Positions 24,974-27,183 of a stretch of 27,183 bases of DNA are shown here, piece by piece (position 1 is the stretch's first letter; the number at the start of each line of letters is the position of its first letter). The notes beneath the pieces are model-generated. The model was not told the DNA's origin, ran no database searches, and worked only from the letters and a program-made list of their open reading frames with translations. Made by a program: the position numbers and the translations under genes. Location: IMG/VR virus record IMGVR_UViG_3300017909_003509, positions 1 to 27,183 of that record. One strand, written 5' to 3'. The DNA comes from a virus (lineage: Duplodnaviria; Caudoviricetes).

Positions 24974-26359
24974 TTAGTTTACTCCTTTCTTTTTTTCATT
25001 GCTTCTAAAATCCGCATATTTCTTTTTCAAATTCTCTAGTCTTTCCGCTGATGATTTTTCCATTATATCTCCTACTGATTCATTTGTTTGTGGCAACACC
25101 TTTATCTTTACATTACTAGTATCCATAAAAATAGGGTATACAATACCATCAGGTCCGTTTCTGTTCTTAGCAACAAAGATACGACCTTGGTTGTTATTCT
25201 TATCCTCTATGGTTCTAGAGACTGTAAATATAAAATCTGCTACAAAGCATTTATTGAAAGCTTCCGATATAGACTCCATTGTAATGACTTCGGCATTCAG
25301 ACCCGATCGGTTTGTCTGAGATGCTGTCCAAATCGGACATTCACTTTCTTGAGCTAATCCCCTTAGCTCTTCGTAAATAGTCTCTAATTGATGCCTTTTC
25401 TCATCCTTTCTAGAAGATTCTGGCTTTATTAGATCTCCATAATCAACGATAATCATATCTGGAACAAAATCTCTGCGTCGTAACTTATCGATATGATTCT
25501 TGATTGTCTGAATACTCGCGGACCTAGTTGGGTACTCTTTTACTATTAATTTTCCTGTCAAATCTTTTATTTCGTCATAAATCTTCTCTTTAAAGACTGC
25601 TAGGTTTTTAAGCTCAACACCAGTAATAGCAGAATCATACCGACCTGCAACAACTGTGTCTGCAAGCTCCAAAGTATAATGTAAGACATTCTTGCCGGCC
25701 TTGAGGGCCTGAGCACCCAGGTGCACCAAAACCATAGATTTACCAGCCCCGGTAGGAGCAACAACAACACCAAGTTCACCTTTACCTAATCCTCCTTTTG
25801 ATATATTATCAATGTCCTGCCAGCCGGTTGTAACTGGATCTCTTGCTTTCTTTTCAAACCTTTTCTCAAAGTCTGCAAGATATTCGTAACCAAATGAATT
25901 GTCGGAACCTAGTTTTAGAGCACCGTCAATAATTTTAGATACTTCATCAAAAGAAGAGGATTTTATTAGATCGACTGATTTAATCAGTGCTTCTTTTAAT
26001 TTTTGTTTTTTGCAAAAGTCAAGAGCCGTGTCTTTAATGTATTCAGAAGACTGAGGAATGTGACCTTTTGACAAGACTCTTGCATAATATTCTCTGATTC
26101 TAACTTTGACTGATTCTGCTTCTCCATCCAAACCTGTTCGTATGATTGAATGCATAATATTAGATGTGGGGTGGACTCCATACTTTTTACGATACTCCCT
26201 AATTTTTCCAACAAAAACGCGCAAGTGCTTCAATTCCAAGAAGTTCAAATCTAGAACTTCAAACATCTGGTCTGCAAATGGTCTATCATTTAAAACCAAA
26301 TGACATAAGTCTTCTTGAAAAGACTTTCCAAATTTTGAAAAACTTACTTGCTGGTCCAT
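24974..26359 (-). CDS. dnaB: Replicative SF4 helicase (DnaB/T4 gp41-like)
   Basis: Walker A APTGAGKS, TLE, Walker B IIVDY, ASQTNR, KNRNG. Confidence 0.93.
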   Translation of the reverse strand: MDQQVSFSKFGKSFQEDLCHLVLNDRPFADQMFEVLDLNFLELKHLRVFVGKIREYRKKYGVHPTSNIMHSIIRTGLDGEAESVKVRIREYYARVLSKGHIPQSSEYIKDTALDFCKKQKLKEALIKSVDLIKSSSFDEVSKIIDGALKLGSDNSFGYEYLADFEKRFEKKARDPVTTGWQDIDNISKGGLGKGELGVVVAPTGAGKSMVLVHLGAQALKAGKNVLHYTLELADTVVAGRYDSAITGVELKNLAVFKEKIYDEIKDLTGKLIVKEYPTRSASIQTIKNHIDKLRRRDFVPDMIIVDYGDLIKPESSRKDEKRHQLETIYEELRGLAQESECPIWTASQTNRSGLNAEVITMESISEAFNKCFVADFIFTVSRTIEDKNNNQGRIFVAKNRNGPDGIVYPIFMDTSNVKIKVLPQTNESVGDIMEKSSAERLENLKKKYADFRSNEKKKGVN

Positions 26360-26404
26360 GTTTACTCTTTGTCTGGTTGTTTATGTAGTATAGTATAACG
26401 TATT

Positions 26405-27183
26405 TTATGCAGAAAAGGAAGTGATAATATCGTTAAATTTTTGTTCCAAGTCCTGCATATTGACCGTCAGTACACCGTCGTGAATCATAAGTTTGCGCAC
26501 CTCAGTTTGGTTGTAGTGTGGTGTAAACTCTTCAAATGTTTCGTCAATTCTGCTTTTACACTGAGGTGACATCTGTGGTGAAGATAGCTGCATGATGTTA
26601 TAATTCTCTTGAATTAAATTATGATTTTCTAAAACTGAATTAAATACCTTTTGTTTGTTTTCTTCTTTTGAGCATTCAAACATTAAGTCTTCGATAAAAA
26701 AGTCTTTATCTTCTCTTAAAAAGGAAAACCTTTTCGCAACGGTACCTAAACCAACTCGTGGCACCCCCGGTAGGTTATCGCTTGGATCTCCCGCCATAGC
26801 TCTCGCAAGGGCAAAGTTCCTAGGGTGAATGCCAAACTTTTCGATCACCATGTTAGTATTGAGCACTTCTTTTTGTATAGGTCTGAACAAAAGCGTCCTG
26901 TCATCTAAAAGTTGAATAAAATCTTTGTCGGCGGAAACAATTACTTTTTGCCAATCAGTAAATATAGAAGATGACTTGATATAAGAGATCACGTCGTCTG
27001 CTTCCACTTCTGGCTCCATAAATTGAACCACTGGTGTTTGGTTTAAGTATTCAATCACTCTCATCTGCTGCCAGACTTTGTTGTCCTTGATCTCATCCTC
27101 TTCCATACCAACTTGGTTCCAGTTTGTGCGAGGAGGTTTTCTGCCTGCTTTGTAGTTCTTATTGATTGTCCTGCGCTTACGAG
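26405..27183 (-). CDS. 5'-3' exonuclease / flap endonuclease (PolA N-terminal/T4 RNase H-like), 5' partial
   Basis: EADD, SADKDFIQL, GDPSDNLPGVPRVG. The frame stays open past 27106 to the window edge (RKRRTINKNYKAGRK), so the true start lies outside the window. Confidence 0.92.
   Translation of the reverse strand, partial: RKRRTINKNYKAGRKPPRTNWNQVGMEEDEIKDNKVWQQMRVIEYLNQTPVVQFMEPEVEADDVISYIKSSSIFTDWQKVIVSADKDFIQLLDDRTLLFRPIQKEVLNTNMVIEKFGIHPRNFALARAMAGDPSDNLPGVPRVGLGTVAKRFSFLREDKDFFIEDLMFECSKEENKQKVFNSVLENHNLIQENYNIMQLSSPQMSPQCKSRIDETFEEFTPHYNQTEVRKLMIHDGVLTVNMQDLEQKFNDIITSFSA

Noticed and set aside
13841-26359. Inteins or group I introns in dnaE, nrdJ, thyX or dnaB
   Set aside because: Lengths and motif spacing are normal; no intein C/S...HN ends or LAGLIDADG blocks seen
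26360-26420. Possible promoter upstream of dnaB (two TATACT hexamers)
   Set aside because: No convincing -35 at 16-18 nt spacing, so not called
1-27183. Alternative genetic code (stop-codon reassignment), as seen in some jumbo phages
   Set aside because: Conserved genes are full length in code 11, and TAG, TGA and TAA all end genes at expected positions
1-27183. Bacterial chromosome origin of the housekeeping-like genes
   Set aside because: Divergent sequences, split groES/groEL, single-strand dense packing and many orphan ORFs fit a large phage. No capsid or terminase gene is in the window, so this remains an inference.
1-27183. tRNA, rRNA or structured ncRNA genes
   Set aside because: Intergenic gaps are short (the longest is about 130 nt) and are accounted for by promoters, RBSs or the terminator; no cloverleaf seen

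Overview
A 27 kb segment of a large (jumbo-type) tailed dsDNA phage genome. About 34 tightly packed or overlapping genes all lie on the minus strand in the standard genetic code. Replication and nucleotide genes: 5'-3' exonuclease (cut by the right edge), DnaB-like helicase, class II ribonucleotide reductase, ThyX, DnaE polymerase, dUTPase, IMPDH/GMP reductase family enzyme, glutaredoxin. Proteostasis genes: GroEL, GroES (15 kb apart) and ClpP. Cell-envelope genes: lytic transglycosylase, an L,D-transpeptidase-like lysin, and a myxobacterial-style Cys/Asp-repeat + vWA lipoprotein that hints at a Myxococcota-like host. Two promoter classes are visible: sigma70-like promoters, and a CTA(T/A/C)TTA motif ahead of four genes. 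Three of those four proteins carry N-terminal L/I-x-E motifs resembling prohead-protease sites, and one has a PD-(D/E)xK nuclease-like core. Other oddities: stand-alone LeuA-regulatory, Smr and sigma70-region-4 domains, an unlisted nuclease-like gene at the left edge, and strong GATC avoidance. All calls come from motif recognition by eye; no searches were run.
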